From: an uncultured Ruminococcus sp.
Lineage (GTDB): Bacteria > Bacillota > Clostridia > Oscillospirales > Acutalibacteraceae
DNA: 64,000 nucleotides
NCBI GenBank assembly: GCA_964531265.1
Contig: CAZHDW010000013.1
Coordinates: 1,060 to 65,059 of the forward strand
Direction: 5' to 3'
The notes under the pieces were generated by a model. That model saw nothing but the letters and a program-made list of their open reading frames with translations. It ran no database searches and was not told the DNA's origin. Shown one piece after another: positions 21,581 to 31,409 of this stretch (position 1 is the stretch's first letter; each line of letters begins with the position of its first letter). Both the position numbers and the translations under genes were made by a program.

Positions 21581-22762
21581 TTATGATTTTTTCTTTTCTA
21601 TGATCTCTGCAAAGTCACGCATGATGGACGGAACATCTATATTCTGCGGACAGATACCGCTGCATGCACCGCAGCCCACACAACGAGCGGGATTTTCGGA
21701 ATCCTTCTCCGTATCCATATTGAAGGCAAGCATTGAGCCCTCATTCTTTTCCTCATTGTATATCGCTATGAGCTTCGGGATGTCGATGCCCATGGGACAC
21801 TCCTCTGTGCAGTAACGGCATCCGGTGCACGGAACGAGCTTGAGCATGTCGTTCACTATCTCGTCGAGGGTATTCAGTTCGTCATCGGTCAACGGATTCT
21901 CATTGCTGAATATCTCTACATTCTCAACTATCTGCTCCATCTGTGTCATACCGGACAGCACGACCATTACTCCCGGCAGATTCTGGAAGTATCTGAATGC
22001 CCATGACGCTGCCGATGCATCCGGCGCAGCAGCCTTCAGTTTGTTCAGCGAGGACTCGGGAAGGTTGATGAGCCTTCCGCCTCTGACAGGCTCCATAACG
22101 ACAACCGAAACACCGTGCTTCTCAAAAATCACCTTATACTTACTCATTGCGTCCTGGAGCTTAGCATCAAGGTAGTTTAGCTGTATCTGAACAAATTCGA
22201 ATACGCCCTCGTACTTTGTGAGGAATGCATCGATTGTTTCGGCTCTGCCATGTGCCGAGAAGCCGAGGTGTGTGATTTTTCCCGCTTCCCTCATCTGCTT
22301 GAAATACTCAACGACGTTGAGCTCCTCATTCGTGTAGAAATCGTAGGAGGATTCACATACATTGTGCAGCAGGTAGAAATCAAAATGGTCTACCTTACAT
22401 TTTTCAAGTTGCTCATTGAAGATATCGGCCGGCGCATCGCAATGGAAGTTGGAAAGATAGCCCTTAAAGCCGAGCTTATGATCCTCAAACTTCATCATAT
22501 GTCCCGGGAATTTTGAAGCAAGATTCCATGTATCACGCGGATAGCGGCTGAGTGCATCACCAATGAAAAGCTCGGATTCGCCGCCATGATAACGGAATGC
22601 GGTATCGAAGTAGTTTATACCGTGATTGTACGCGTAATCGATTATCTCTCTGCCCTTTTCCCAGTCGATAACATCAGCGCCGTTTTCTTCCTTTGTGGGC
22701 AGTCTCATGTTACCCATACCGAGAAGCGAAAGCTTTTTGTCTTTAAAGTCTCTGTAGATCAT
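21581..22762 (-). CDS. Aldo/keto reductase with C-terminal 4Fe-4S domain
   Basis: LGMGNMRLP, YFDTAFRYH, YLLHN, MEPVRGG; CxxCxxC...CP and CVGCGACSGICP. Confidence 0.92.
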   Translation of the reverse strand: MIYRDFKDKKLSLLGMGNMRLPTKEENGADVIDWEKGREIIDYAYNHGINYFDTAFRYHGGESELFIGDALSRYPRDTWNLASKFPGHMMKFEDHKLGFKGYLSNFHCDAPADIFNEQLEKCKVDHFDFYLLHNVCESSYDFYTNEELNVVEYFKQMREAGKITHLGFSAHGRAETIDAFLTKYEGVFEFVQIQLNYLDAKLQDAMSKYKVIFEKHGVSVVVMEPVRGGRLINLPESSLNKLKAAAPDASAASWAFRYFQNLPGVMVVLSGMTQMEQIVENVEIFSNENPLTDDELNTLDEIVNDMLKLVPCTGCRYCTEECPMGIDIPKLIAIYNEEKNEGSMLAFNMDTEKDSENPARCVGCGACSGICPQNIDVPSIMRDFAEIIEKKKS

Positions 22763-22796
22763 TTTGAAGTTCCTTTCTGTATTTGATTTATGTTGA

Positions 22797-23336
22797 TTAA
22801 CAATTTTTTCCAAGCTCATAGGCCCTGTTAAGGCACTCCGTGCTTATTTCTTCCGCATTAGTCACCCTTGTGGCCTGAACCATTCCGCGCACCTTAACGT
22901 TTCTGAGACATGCAATGAAGCCATCCAAAACGGTAACGGTGGAATCCTGATGCTGCTCAAAGCCGGCATTTGTTATAATGTAATAGCAATCTTTCTCGGG
23001 AAGATCACGAAACTCATGCTCTCTTGCATAGAATCTGTCTATAAGGGTTTTGAGCTGGGCCGTGACATTGTAGAAATACACCGGTGTTGCAAGCACCAGA
23101 ACATCGCATTGCAGGGCCTTTTCGACTATTTCACGCGCGTCGTCGGCTATGATGCAATCTGTCTTATTTCTTCTGCAATAATTGCAGTTCATGCAATAGC
23201 CTATCTTTTTGCTGCGAAGCTCTACTGTTTCAACAAGCATGCCCGCATCGGAAGCGCCCTGTGCGAATCTCTCAACAAGCTTAGCTGTGCTGCCGTTTTT
23301 TCTCGGACTACCGGAAATTATCAACACTCGTTTCAA
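22797..23336 (-). CDS. Flavodoxin family (iron-sulfur flavoprotein-like) protein
   Basis: ISGSPRKNGST, CMNCNYC..C, ATPVYFY; probable TTG start behind GGAGG. Confidence 0.88.
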   Translation of the reverse strand: MKRVLIISGSPRKNGSTAKLVERFAQGASDAGMLVETVELRSKKIGYCMNCNYCRRNKTDCIIADDAREIVEKALQCDVLVLATPVYFYNVTAQLKTLIDRFYAREHEFRDLPEKDCYYIITNAGFEQHQDSTVTVLDGFIACLRNVKVRGMVQATRVTNAEEISTECLNRAYELGKNC

Positions 23337-23366
23337 AGCATGTACCTCCAATGATATTATAAATAC

Positions 23367-23397
23367 ATTATAATACCTTGAGTAAACTCCAAGTCAA
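23367..23397 (-). promoter_or_regulatory. MerR-type promoter (19-bp spacer with dyad)
   Basis: Minus strand TTGACT-N19-TATAAT with imperfect dyad CTTGGAGTTTACTCAAG overlapping the -35 and spacer. Confidence 0.75.
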
Positions 23398-23680
23398 CCC
23401 CTTCATTACAAAAACAGCCCTGAATTATGCACAAAGGTTTTGTCTGAAATTTATTAAAAATGACGTATTGCCTAAAAAGCAGTCATCAACCTCGTTTCTC
23501 TTAAGAGTTACGCAAACTAACTTCGAAGTAAAAATTGAAGCGAATACACGTGGCAAATAATTTTTCGAAAGAATATAAAAAGTCTCCCAAAGCTATTTCT
23601 TTTTCGAATTCAGTGTGCTATGATTAGCTCAAACAGAGAGCAGAAGGCTCTCTTAGAATTGCTTTTGCAAGGAGGAAGTT

Positions 23681-26600
23681 ATGCTTTACAAGAAAAACAG
23701 TGCCCCGAAGCTCGATAAAGAGCTTTTCCGCAACCCCACGGCGGAATATCGCGGCACACCGTTTTGGGCATGGAACTGTAAGCTTGACCGCGCCGAGCTC
23801 GAACGTCAGCTTGAGGTTTTCAAGAAAATGGGTTTTGGCGGCGGCCATATGCACGTGCGCACGGGTATGGCAACGGAATACCTCAGTGACGAGTACATGG
23901 CTCTCATAAAGGCCTGTGTTGAAAAGGCTAAGAGCGAGAACATGCTTGCATGGCTCTATGACGAGGATCGTTGGCCTTCCGGTGCTGCCGGCGGCTATGT
24001 TACCAAGGACAAGGCAAACCGTGCACGCTATCTTCTGTTCACGCACACACCCTACAGCGGCATCATAAGCAACAATTACCACGCTGCTTCACGCGGAGCA
24101 CGCACGGAAAACGGCTACCTTATGGCCTGCTTCGATATCGAGCTGGACAAGGACGGCTATCTCATATCCTCCAAGAGGATAAATGAGGAGGACGAGGCCG
24201 AGCACGAAAAGTGGTATGCCTACCTTGAGCAGCCGAACGAGAGTGGTTGGTACAACAATCAGACCTATGTAAACACGCTCGATAAAAAGGCTATGGATAA
24301 GTTCATCGAGATAACCTATGAGGCCTATAATCGCACCATAGCAGACGAATTTGACAAAACAGTCCCCTCTATTTTCACGGATGAGCCGCAGTTCACCAGA
24401 AAATCCACATTGAATTTTGCCACTGATAAGACGGATGTCACACTGCCGTGGACGGATGATCTTGCAGATACCTTTGCTACCGCATATAACGGCGAGGATC
24501 TTCTTTCCGGCATACCGGAGCTTATATGGGATCGTGCAGACCGCACACCGAGTGTTCTCCGCTACCACTATCACGACCATATCTGCGAGCGCTTCACAGA
24601 GGCCTTTGCAGATAACTGCGGCGCATGGTGCAGAGAGCACGGCATCGCCCTCACAGGCCATATGATGGAAGAACCGACACTCGAGAGTCAGACAGCGGCT
24701 CTCGGCGAGGCAATGCGCGCATACCGCGGCTTTGATCTGCCCGGCGTAGACATGCTCTGCGCACGCTTTGAATACACTACCGCAAAGCAGACACAGTCCG
24801 CAGTTCACCAGTTCGGCTATGAGGGTATGCTCAGCGAGCTCTACGGCGTTACAAACTGGGACTTTGACTTCCGCGGCCATAAGCTGCACGGCGACTGGCA
24901 GGCTGCCCTCGGCGTCACCATTCGTGTTCCCCACCTTGCATGGGTATCAATGGCCGGTGAAGCAAAGCGTGACTACCCGGCATCCATAAACTATCAGTCT
25001 CCGTGGTGGGATAAATACTCACTTGTTGAAAATCACTTTGCCCGTGTGGCAACAGCCATGACACGCGGCAAGCCGGTCGTTAAGGTCGGCGTTATCCATC
25101 CGGTCGAAAGCTACTGGCTGCACTGGGGCCCTGCAGAGCAGACCGCTCTTGTACGAAATGAGCTTGACCAGAACTTTCAGAACCTCACCGAGTGGCTTCT
25201 GTTCGGCGGTATCGATTTCGACTTCATCAGCGAAAGCCTGCTGCCGACTCAGTGTGAAGCTGGCTCCGCTCCGCTCAAGGTCGGCAAGATGGAATACGAT
25301 GTCATCATCGTGCCGGGCTGCGAGACATTGCGTTCCTCAACACTTGAACGTCTTGAGGCATTTGCCGCAAACGGCGGCAAGCTGGTCTTTGCAGGTGCTA
25401 TTGCAACACTTGAGAATGCGGTCAAGAGCGACCGTGCAGAAAAGCTCTCTGAAAAGTGCATGAGAATACCGCTTTCAAGAGGTGCTATACTCGAGGCTGC
25501 GGAGTCCGCCCGTATCATCGATATCCGCAACGAGACAGGCTCTCTCACAAACGATCTTATCTATCAGCTTCGCCGCGACGGAGACGGAGACTGGCTGTTC
25601 ATTGCACACGCAAGAGAGCCGCGCAATAAGAATCTTGCTCTGTTTGAGGATCTGCGCATACGTATTTCCGGTCTCTGGAAGCCCACAGTATACAACACTA
25701 TGACGGGCGAGACCGAGGAAATCAACTTTATCGCACGTGACGGTCATACCGATATAAACACACGCATGTACAGCTACGACAGTCTGCTGCTCAGACTTGA
25801 CCCCGTCGAGGATGAATGCAGCAGGGATATCTCCGTTGAGCATGCTCTTATCACCGATAACGGCATCACGCTTCCGACTGAGGTGGAATACACCCTCAGC
25901 GAGCCGAACGCAATGCTGCTCGACCAGGCCGAATACTCACTGGATGACGGCGAATGGAACGCCTGTGAGGAGATACTGCGTCTTGATAACAATTGTCGTG
26001 CCGCACTCGGATGGCCGAGCCGCGAGGAGGCATTTGCTCAGCCGTGGGTAGTACCGGAGGAGCCGATAACCCATAATGTTCGCCTGCGCTGGAGCATTGA
26101 AAGTGACATCAACTATGACGGCGCTTCACTTGCCATCGAGGATGCCGAGGCCGTGAAGCTTACCTTCAACGGTCAGCCCGTCGAAAGCAAGCTCACCGGC
26201 TGGTACACCGATAAATCCATAAAGACAGTTTCTCTGCCCACCATCAATAAGGGCGTGAACATTCTTGAGGCCACAATACCCTTTGGACGCAGAACCAACC
26301 TTGAGTGGGCATACCTGCTCGGCGATTTCGGCGTAGAGGTCAACGGACGCAGCATTAAGCTTGTTGCTGCCCGTGAAAAGCTGGCATTCGGTGATTTCAC
26401 CCGTCAGGGTCTGCCGTTCTATGGCGGTAACGTTACCTATCATATTCCGGTGGAAGCAACCGGTGAAGAGCTTATCTTCAGATCATCGCACTATGCAGGT
26501 GCATTACAGACCGTTCAGGTAGATGATTCTGACGAGACATCGGTCATCTATCCGCCGTTTACTGTAAGCCTCGGAGCTCCCTCCGCCGGCCGACATACCG

Positions 26601-26776
26601 TCAATGTCACTCTGTATGGTCATCGCCGCAACAGCTTCGGCCCGGTACATCTTGCAGATGTGACAACGACATGGATCGGCCCGAACGCATGGCGCACCAA
26701 GGGCGACTTGTGGTGCTATGATTACCGCATCGCAGAGGAGGGCATTCTCTGCACACCGGTCATCACAAAAAAGTAA
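23681..26776 (+). CDS. Large glycoside hydrolase, GH106 (alpha-L-rhamnosidase)-like
   Basis: PFWAWN, WLYDEDRWPSG, FTDEP, GHMMEE, LSELYG motifs; 1031 aa; no signal peptide. Family assignment is tentative. Confidence 0.65.
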   Translation: MLYKKNSAPKLDKELFRNPTAEYRGTPFWAWNCKLDRAELERQLEVFKKMGFGGGHMHVRTGMATEYLSDEYMALIKACVEKAKSENMLAWLYDEDRWPSGAAGGYVTKDKANRARYLLFTHTPYSGIISNNYHAASRGARTENGYLMACFDIELDKDGYLISSKRINEEDEAEHEKWYAYLEQPNESGWYNNQTYVNTLDKKAMDKFIEITYEAYNRTIADEFDKTVPSIFTDEPQFTRKSTLNFATDKTDVTLPWTDDLADTFATAYNGEDLLSGIPELIWDRADRTPSVLRYHYHDHICERFTEAFADNCGAWCREHGIALTGHMMEEPTLESQTAALGEAMRAYRGFDLPGVDMLCARFEYTTAKQTQSAVHQFGYEGMLSELYGVTNWDFDFRGHKLHGDWQAALGVTIRVPHLAWVSMAGEAKRDYPASINYQSPWWDKYSLVENHFARVATAMTRGKPVVKVGVIHPVESYWLHWGPAEQTALVRNELDQNFQNLTEWLLFGGIDFDFISESLLPTQCEAGSAPLKVGKMEYDVIIVPGCETLRSSTLERLEAFAANGGKLVFAGAIATLENAVKSDRAEKLSEKCMRIPLSRGAILEAAESARIIDIRNETGSLTNDLIYQLRRDGDGDWLFIAHAREPRNKNLALFEDLRIRISGLWKPTVYNTMTGETEEINFIARDGHTDINTRMYSYDSLLLRLDPVEDECSRDISVEHALITDNGITLPTEVEYTLSEPNAMLLDQAEYSLDDGEWNACEEILRLDNNCRAALGWPSREEAFAQPWVVPEEPITHNVRLRWSIESDINYDGASLAIEDAEAVKLTFNGQPVESKLTGWYTDKSIKTVSLPTINKGVNILEATIPFGRRTNLEWAYLLGDFGVEVNGRSIKLVAAREKLAFGDFTRQGLPFYGGNVTYHIPVEATGEELIFRSSHYAGALQTVQVDDSDETSVIYPPFTVSLGAPSAGRHTVNVTLYGHRRNSFGPVHLADVTTTWIGPNAWRTKGDLWCYDYRIAEEGILCTPVITKK

Positions 26777-26904
26777 ATTTGAAGCAATAATTTTTGAAGC
26801 AGTGTGGTTCATCCGCACTGCTTCTCTGTTTTATTTTAAGTTTCGGTTGTCTCTTTAAAAAAACCGGTGTATACTTAGTTTATCATCAAGACAGGAGGCT
26901 CTTT

Positions 26905-27978
26905 ATGGATCAGAATAGAATTGACAGAATAATGGCTGAATTGGACAAGCAGGGTGTTTCACAGATGCTTATCGTTGACCCGATGTCCATTTATTACCTT
27001 ACAGGTGTATACAATGCGCCGTATGAGCGCTTTTACGGCTTGCTTCTCCGCAAGGACGGACAGCATTACTTCTTTTTGAACAGACTTTTCTCCATTACCG
27101 CTGAGATTGGAGCCGAAAAGGTGTGGTATTCCGACACCGACCCCGTCACGGATATTGTCGCAAAGTATATTGACCACTCCTCCCCGCTCGGTGTCGACAA
27201 GGAGCTTAAGGCACGCTTTCTTTTGCCGCTCATGGATAATCACGCTGCCACGGCATTTATCAACACTTCTATCGCGCTTGATACGGTTCGCGGCATCAAG
27301 GATGAGGACGAGCAGGAGAAAATGCGCGCCGCTTCCGCTATAAATGACCTGGCCGTTGCAGAGCTTCGAAAGCGCATACACGACGGTGTTACCGAAAAGG
27401 AGGTCGCCGATCAGCTTCTGGACATCTATCTCTCCTTCGGCGCTGACGGATTTTCCTTCGAGCCTCTTGTTGCGTTCGGCAAAAACGCCGCAGACCCCCA
27501 CCATGGGCCGGACGATACCGTGCTCCGCCCCGGAGATGTGGTTTTGTTCGACATCGGATGCATAAAGGACGGCTACTGCTCCGACATGACACGCTCCTTC
27601 TACTATAAGACAGTCACGGATGAGCACAGAGAGATATACAATATCGTAAAGGCTGCAAATGAAGCCGCAATCGCAAAAATCAAGCCGGGCATACCGCTCA
27701 AGGAGCTGGATAACACGGCAAGAGAGCTTATCACCGAAAAGGGTTATGGCCCGAACTTCAATCACAGGCTCGGACATTTCATCGGCTTATCCGAGCATGA
27801 ATACGGTGATGTTTCCTCAACTAACGAAACTCTTGCTGTTCCAGGCATGATTTTCTCCATCGAGCCCGGCATCTACATTGAGGGTGACACAGGCGTACGC
27901 ATTGAAGACCTGGTTCTCGTGACCGAGGACGGCTGTGAGGTGCTGAACCACTTCTCAAAAGAGCTTGAGCTTCTGTAA
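26905..27978 (+). CDS. Xaa-Pro peptidase, M24 family
   Basis: FDIG..YCSDMTR, HRLGH, FSIEPGIY, GVRIEDLV; GGAGG RBS. Confidence 0.93.
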   Translation: MDQNRIDRIMAELDKQGVSQMLIVDPMSIYYLTGVYNAPYERFYGLLLRKDGQHYFFLNRLFSITAEIGAEKVWYSDTDPVTDIVAKYIDHSSPLGVDKELKARFLLPLMDNHAATAFINTSIALDTVRGIKDEDEQEKMRAASAINDLAVAELRKRIHDGVTEKEVADQLLDIYLSFGADGFSFEPLVAFGKNAADPHHGPDDTVLRPGDVVLFDIGCIKDGYCSDMTRSFYYKTVTDEHREIYNIVKAANEAAIAKIKPGIPLKELDNTARELITEKGYGPNFNHRLGHFIGLSEHEYGDVSSTNETLAVPGMIFSIEPGIYIEGDTGVRIEDLVLVTEDGCEVLNHFSKELELL

Positions 27979-28068
27979 AAAACAGGCAGGGAAAGCTCCC
28001 TGCCTGCAAAAGAATATTTCAGTTTTCGGAACAGGCACGCGCTTTCTCACGCCTGTTCCTTTTATATG

Positions 28069-28455
28069 TTATTTCATCAATTCATCGGTCAGACGTATTA
28101 TTTCCGGCGCAGCTTTTTCGCGTTCCTTTTTAAGCTTGTAGTTGTACAGCGGATACGCACAGGCGAGAACAGCAATGCCGATAACTCCAAGAGTGATGCC
28201 AACGGGCATTGCAAGTTGTCCCAGGATGCTGCCGAAATCGGACATAAACAGGCTCATACCCGCTCCCATGATGACAGTTCCGATAACGCCGACGATTATG
28301 GAGAGCTGTGTGGCTTTTCTGTTCACTTCTGCGTCAAGTGCGCGGAGCTGCTCCATTTTCGTCTCCTCCTTCGGAATGTATTTCTGACGTATGGAACGTA
28401 TCTCATCCTGCTGTTCTGCGGAATAAGTCATCTTAAAGGTTTCATTATCTTTCAT
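28069..28455 (-). CDS. Conserved small two-helix membrane protein
   Basis: Two hydrophobic helices, GGAGA RBS, downstream terminator hairpin at about 28028-28060. Confidence 0.75.
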   Translation of the reverse strand: MKDNETFKMTYSAEQQDEIRSIRQKYIPKEETKMEQLRALDAEVNRKATQLSIIVGVIGTVIMGAGMSLFMSDFGSILGQLAMPVGITLGVIGIAVLACAYPLYNYKLKKEREKAAPEIIRLTDELMK

Positions 28456-28456
28456 T

Positions 28457-29332
28457 TCATTTCTCCATTGTTCTAAGTCTTTTATTACTCTTGATTATCA
28501 TGTAGATCGCCATGACCACAATAAATATCGACACTGTCCCACCACTCAAGCTCAGGAAAGCACTTCTCACCCATGGGGACATTTCGGTCTTACTGAATGT
28601 AGCGAGCATCGTGTTTTCCAGTGTCAGCATGGATACACAGGCCGAAGCCAGCGACACCGCCTTTGATGCGGACATTGCAGGGCTGTTGTATTTCCGATAC
28701 CTCACCACGTTTATTATCGCCACTGTAAGCGTTGTGAAGGTATACGCAGCCATGGCAATCGTGGTTATTTCATGATGATGCACCACACGTCCCTGGTGTA
28801 TCATGTAAATCATCATTCCGGATAAAGCCAAATTCATAAACAGGAATATCCAGCCGCATATTCTGTAGCGTATCAATTCCTTACGAAGATTTTCTCCCGG
28901 CTCATGCCGCATGGTGTGTTGCACAAGGAAGATTCTCATCACCGCCATCGAAGCATAATATGCGGCAAGCGAATAAAACCACGACGACCTGTGATACACT
29001 CCGAGCCCCAGCTGCATTGCGGCATACGCACAGTTCCAAAGTACATTGCAGATAAGCGTTATATTCACTCGCAGTCCCGGCTCCTGAGACCATCTTTGCA
29101 GGTATCTGTTTTCAGCCTTAAAGTTTTTTACATAACGCACGATATTCGGCACCCTTATGCACCATACGATCAGCATGTAAAAGGCCAGAACGTACGATGC
29201 TATTCGCACCGGGTCGGTCTCTTCAAGAGAAAGCAGCGAATATACAAGAAATACTGTGCCGACCGGCAGTAGTAATATCAAAATTGAAACATGCGGCAAC
29301 AGGAGGCATCTCAGCACTTTTTTCAAGTCCAT
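28457..29332 (-). CDS. Multi-pass membrane protein of unknown function
   Basis: About 7 hydrophobic helices; start at MDLKK behind GGAGG; adjacent to the kinase gene. Confidence 0.75.
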   Translation of the reverse strand: MDLKKVLRCLLLPHVSILILLLPVGTVFLVYSLLSLEETDPVRIASYVLAFYMLIVWCIRVPNIVRYVKNFKAENRYLQRWSQEPGLRVNITLICNVLWNCAYAAMQLGLGVYHRSSWFYSLAAYYASMAVMRIFLVQHTMRHEPGENLRKELIRYRICGWIFLFMNLALSGMMIYMIHQGRVVHHHEITTIAMAAYTFTTLTVAIINVVRYRKYNSPAMSASKAVSLASACVSMLTLENTMLATFSKTEMSPWVRSAFLSLSGGTVSIFIVVMAIYMIIKSNKRLRTMEK

Positions 29333-29333
29333 G

Positions 29334-30401
29334 TCATGACCTCCGAATTCTAACGGTGAACACTGTGCCGACTCCCACCGTGCTCTCAACGGATATTTCG
29401 CCGCTAAGGATGTCGATCACTCTTTTGACAAGTGCAAGGCCAAGACCGTTTCCGTGTGTCGCACGGGAGCTGTCACCCTGATAGAATTTCTCGAAAATAT
29501 GGCTGCCCACCTCGGCGGACATGCCGCAGCCAGTATCCCCCACTCTTATAACGGCATACTCATCGTTTGCGGTAAGACTGACCGACACAGTTCCGCCTGA
29601 CGGAGTAAACTTAAATGCATTGGAAAAGAGATTGTTCCACACAAGGCTGAGAAGCTCACTGTCCGCCTCCACCATAACCTCGTCCTCTATATCCGTCTCA
29701 ATATCAATATTCGCCTTTTCCCAGACGCTTTCATACTGTAAAAGGCATTCGCAAAGCTGCTCACCGAGATCGAATTTATCCTTCTGCGGATATATCTGCT
29801 GATTCTCAAGGCGATTCAGCTTCAAAATATTCGTCATCATATCGGCCAATTTGCGAGAGCCGTCGGTGATGCCCTTTGCGTATTCAAGCCGTTTTTCCTC
29901 CGGCAAGTCCGGCGTCTGTAAAAGAGTTCCGTAGTTTTGCATTACGGCAAGCGGGGTTTTCATTTCATGAGACACATTTGCAATGAAATCCGTGCGCAGG
30001 GTTTCGAGACTGCCGAGCTCCTGAGCCATTTTGTTGAAGCAGCTTATAATTTCATTGTAATTATCATCGAGCAATTTACCTGCCGGAGCTATGCGCGTGT
30101 CGAAATTGCCTTTTACTATTTCCCTTGTTGCTGCGGCAATATGCCCCGTTATCTTCTCAGTCGTCAGCTTTCTGCGCAGAACATCTATCAGAGTAAAAAC
30201 AATGCTCAGCAGAATAACGCTCAGAAAGGTCAGCTTTGCGGCACGTTCAAGGTTATCCCCCGTCAGCACAAGCCCGATATCCTTTGATAATGTGCTAATA
30301 AACAGCGACATTGTGGATGTCACCAGAAAAGCGACCAACATGAAGAACAGCAGATAATGGTAGATCGCCCTCAGAAATCTCTGCCAGAAGCCGTTATTCA
30401 C
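29334..30401 (-). CDS. Sensor histidine kinase (HAMP-HisKA-HATPase)
   Basis: ANVSHEMKTP, NLFSNAFKFT, DTGCGM, GNGLGLALV. Confidence 0.95.
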   Translation of the reverse strand: MNNGFWQRFLRAIYHYLLFFMLVAFLVTSTMSLFISTLSKDIGLVLTGDNLERAAKLTFLSVILLSIVFTLIDVLRRKLTTEKITGHIAAATREIVKGNFDTRIAPAGKLLDDNYNEIISCFNKMAQELGSLETLRTDFIANVSHEMKTPLAVMQNYGTLLQTPDLPEEKRLEYAKGITDGSRKLADMMTNILKLNRLENQQIYPQKDKFDLGEQLCECLLQYESVWEKANIDIETDIEDEVMVEADSELLSLVWNNLFSNAFKFTPSGGTVSVSLTANDEYAVIRVGDTGCGMSAEVGSHIFEKFYQGDSSRATHGNGLGLALVKRVIDILSGEISVESTVGVGTVFTVRIRRS

Positions 30402-31069
30402 TTTATCACCGCCTTGTAGCCCAAGCCGTGAACGGTTTTTATCTCAAAGTCATTGCAGTCCGCAAGCTTTGATCTCAACTTTGTCATGTACACATCAACA
30501 GCTCTCGGAGCGGTTTCCGTATCGGCATCCCAGAATTCATCCATGAGCTGAGTTCTCGTAAAGGTTTTTTTAGGATAGCTAAGCAGCTTGTACAGTATCG
30601 AAAACTCCCTGTTTGTCAGGCTGATCTCCTCGTCGTTCAGATAGGCTGTGTGCTCATCGGCATCCATTACGAAGGCGCCTATCTCTATTTTCTTTGCTGA
30701 GGCTATTCGTGCGCGTCTGAGCAACGCACCAATGCGCAGAATCAGCTCATCGAGCTCTATCGGCTTCACCATGTAGTCATCAACACCGATGCGAAAGCCC
30801 CTCTGCTTTGAAGCGATATCATCACGAGCCGTCATGAAAAGTATCGGTATTTCGGAATTGGTATCTCTTACGCTTTCGGCAAACTCAAAGCCATCAATTC
30901 CCGGCATCATGATATCCGATACAATGAGGTCAAATACACTGTCATATAGAGCATCGTATGCATCATTGGCATTAAGGCATCCGACAGTATCATAGCCGTT
31001 GTTATTCAAAAACGAGCAAACAGTACGGTTGAGCTCGGTATCATCCTCAACCACCAATATCTTAAACAT
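30398..31069 (-). CDS. OmpR/PhoB family response regulator
   Basis: VVEDD, SDIMMPGIDG, C-terminal wHTH ending TVHGLGYK. Confidence 0.95.
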   Translation of the reverse strand: MFKILVVEDDTELNRTVCSFLNNNGYDTVGCLNANDAYDALYDSVFDLIVSDIMMPGIDGFEFAESVRDTNSEIPILFMTARDDIASKQRGFRIGVDDYMVKPIELDELILRIGALLRRARIASAKKIEIGAFVMDADEHTAYLNDEEISLTNREFSILYKLLSYPKKTFTRTQLMDEFWDADTETAPRAVDVYMTKLRSKLADCNDFEIKTVHGLGYKAVIK

Positions 31070-31189
31070 GTGCTACCCCCTGATATACCATTATGATGTT
31101 GTATTATAACACGTACTTGTTAAAGTTTTGTTTGTAAAATGCAAAACACAGACAAAAAAGAACGATGCACACGCCTGTACATCGTTCTC

Positions 31190-31264
31190 TGGAGCTGATG
31201 GTCGGGATCGAACCGACAACCTGTTCATTACGAATGAACTGCTCTGCCATTGAGCCACATCAGC
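31190..31264 (-). tRNA. tRNA-Thr(CGT)
   Basis: GCTGATGTGGCTCAATGGCAGAGCAGTTCATT-CGT-AATGAACAGG...GGTTCGATCCCGACCATCAGCTCCA; terminator hairpin directly downstream. Confidence 0.95.
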
Positions 31265-31409
31265 ATATTTCGTTATAACAGTGATATTATACCGAAAAAG
31301 GCGTTAGAAGTCAACACCTTTTTTGATGCACATCTTTTTTCTTGTATACAAAAGGAATTTGTGCTATACTTAACTAACAATTTGAAGACTTCAGAAAGGA
31401 GCAGCTATT

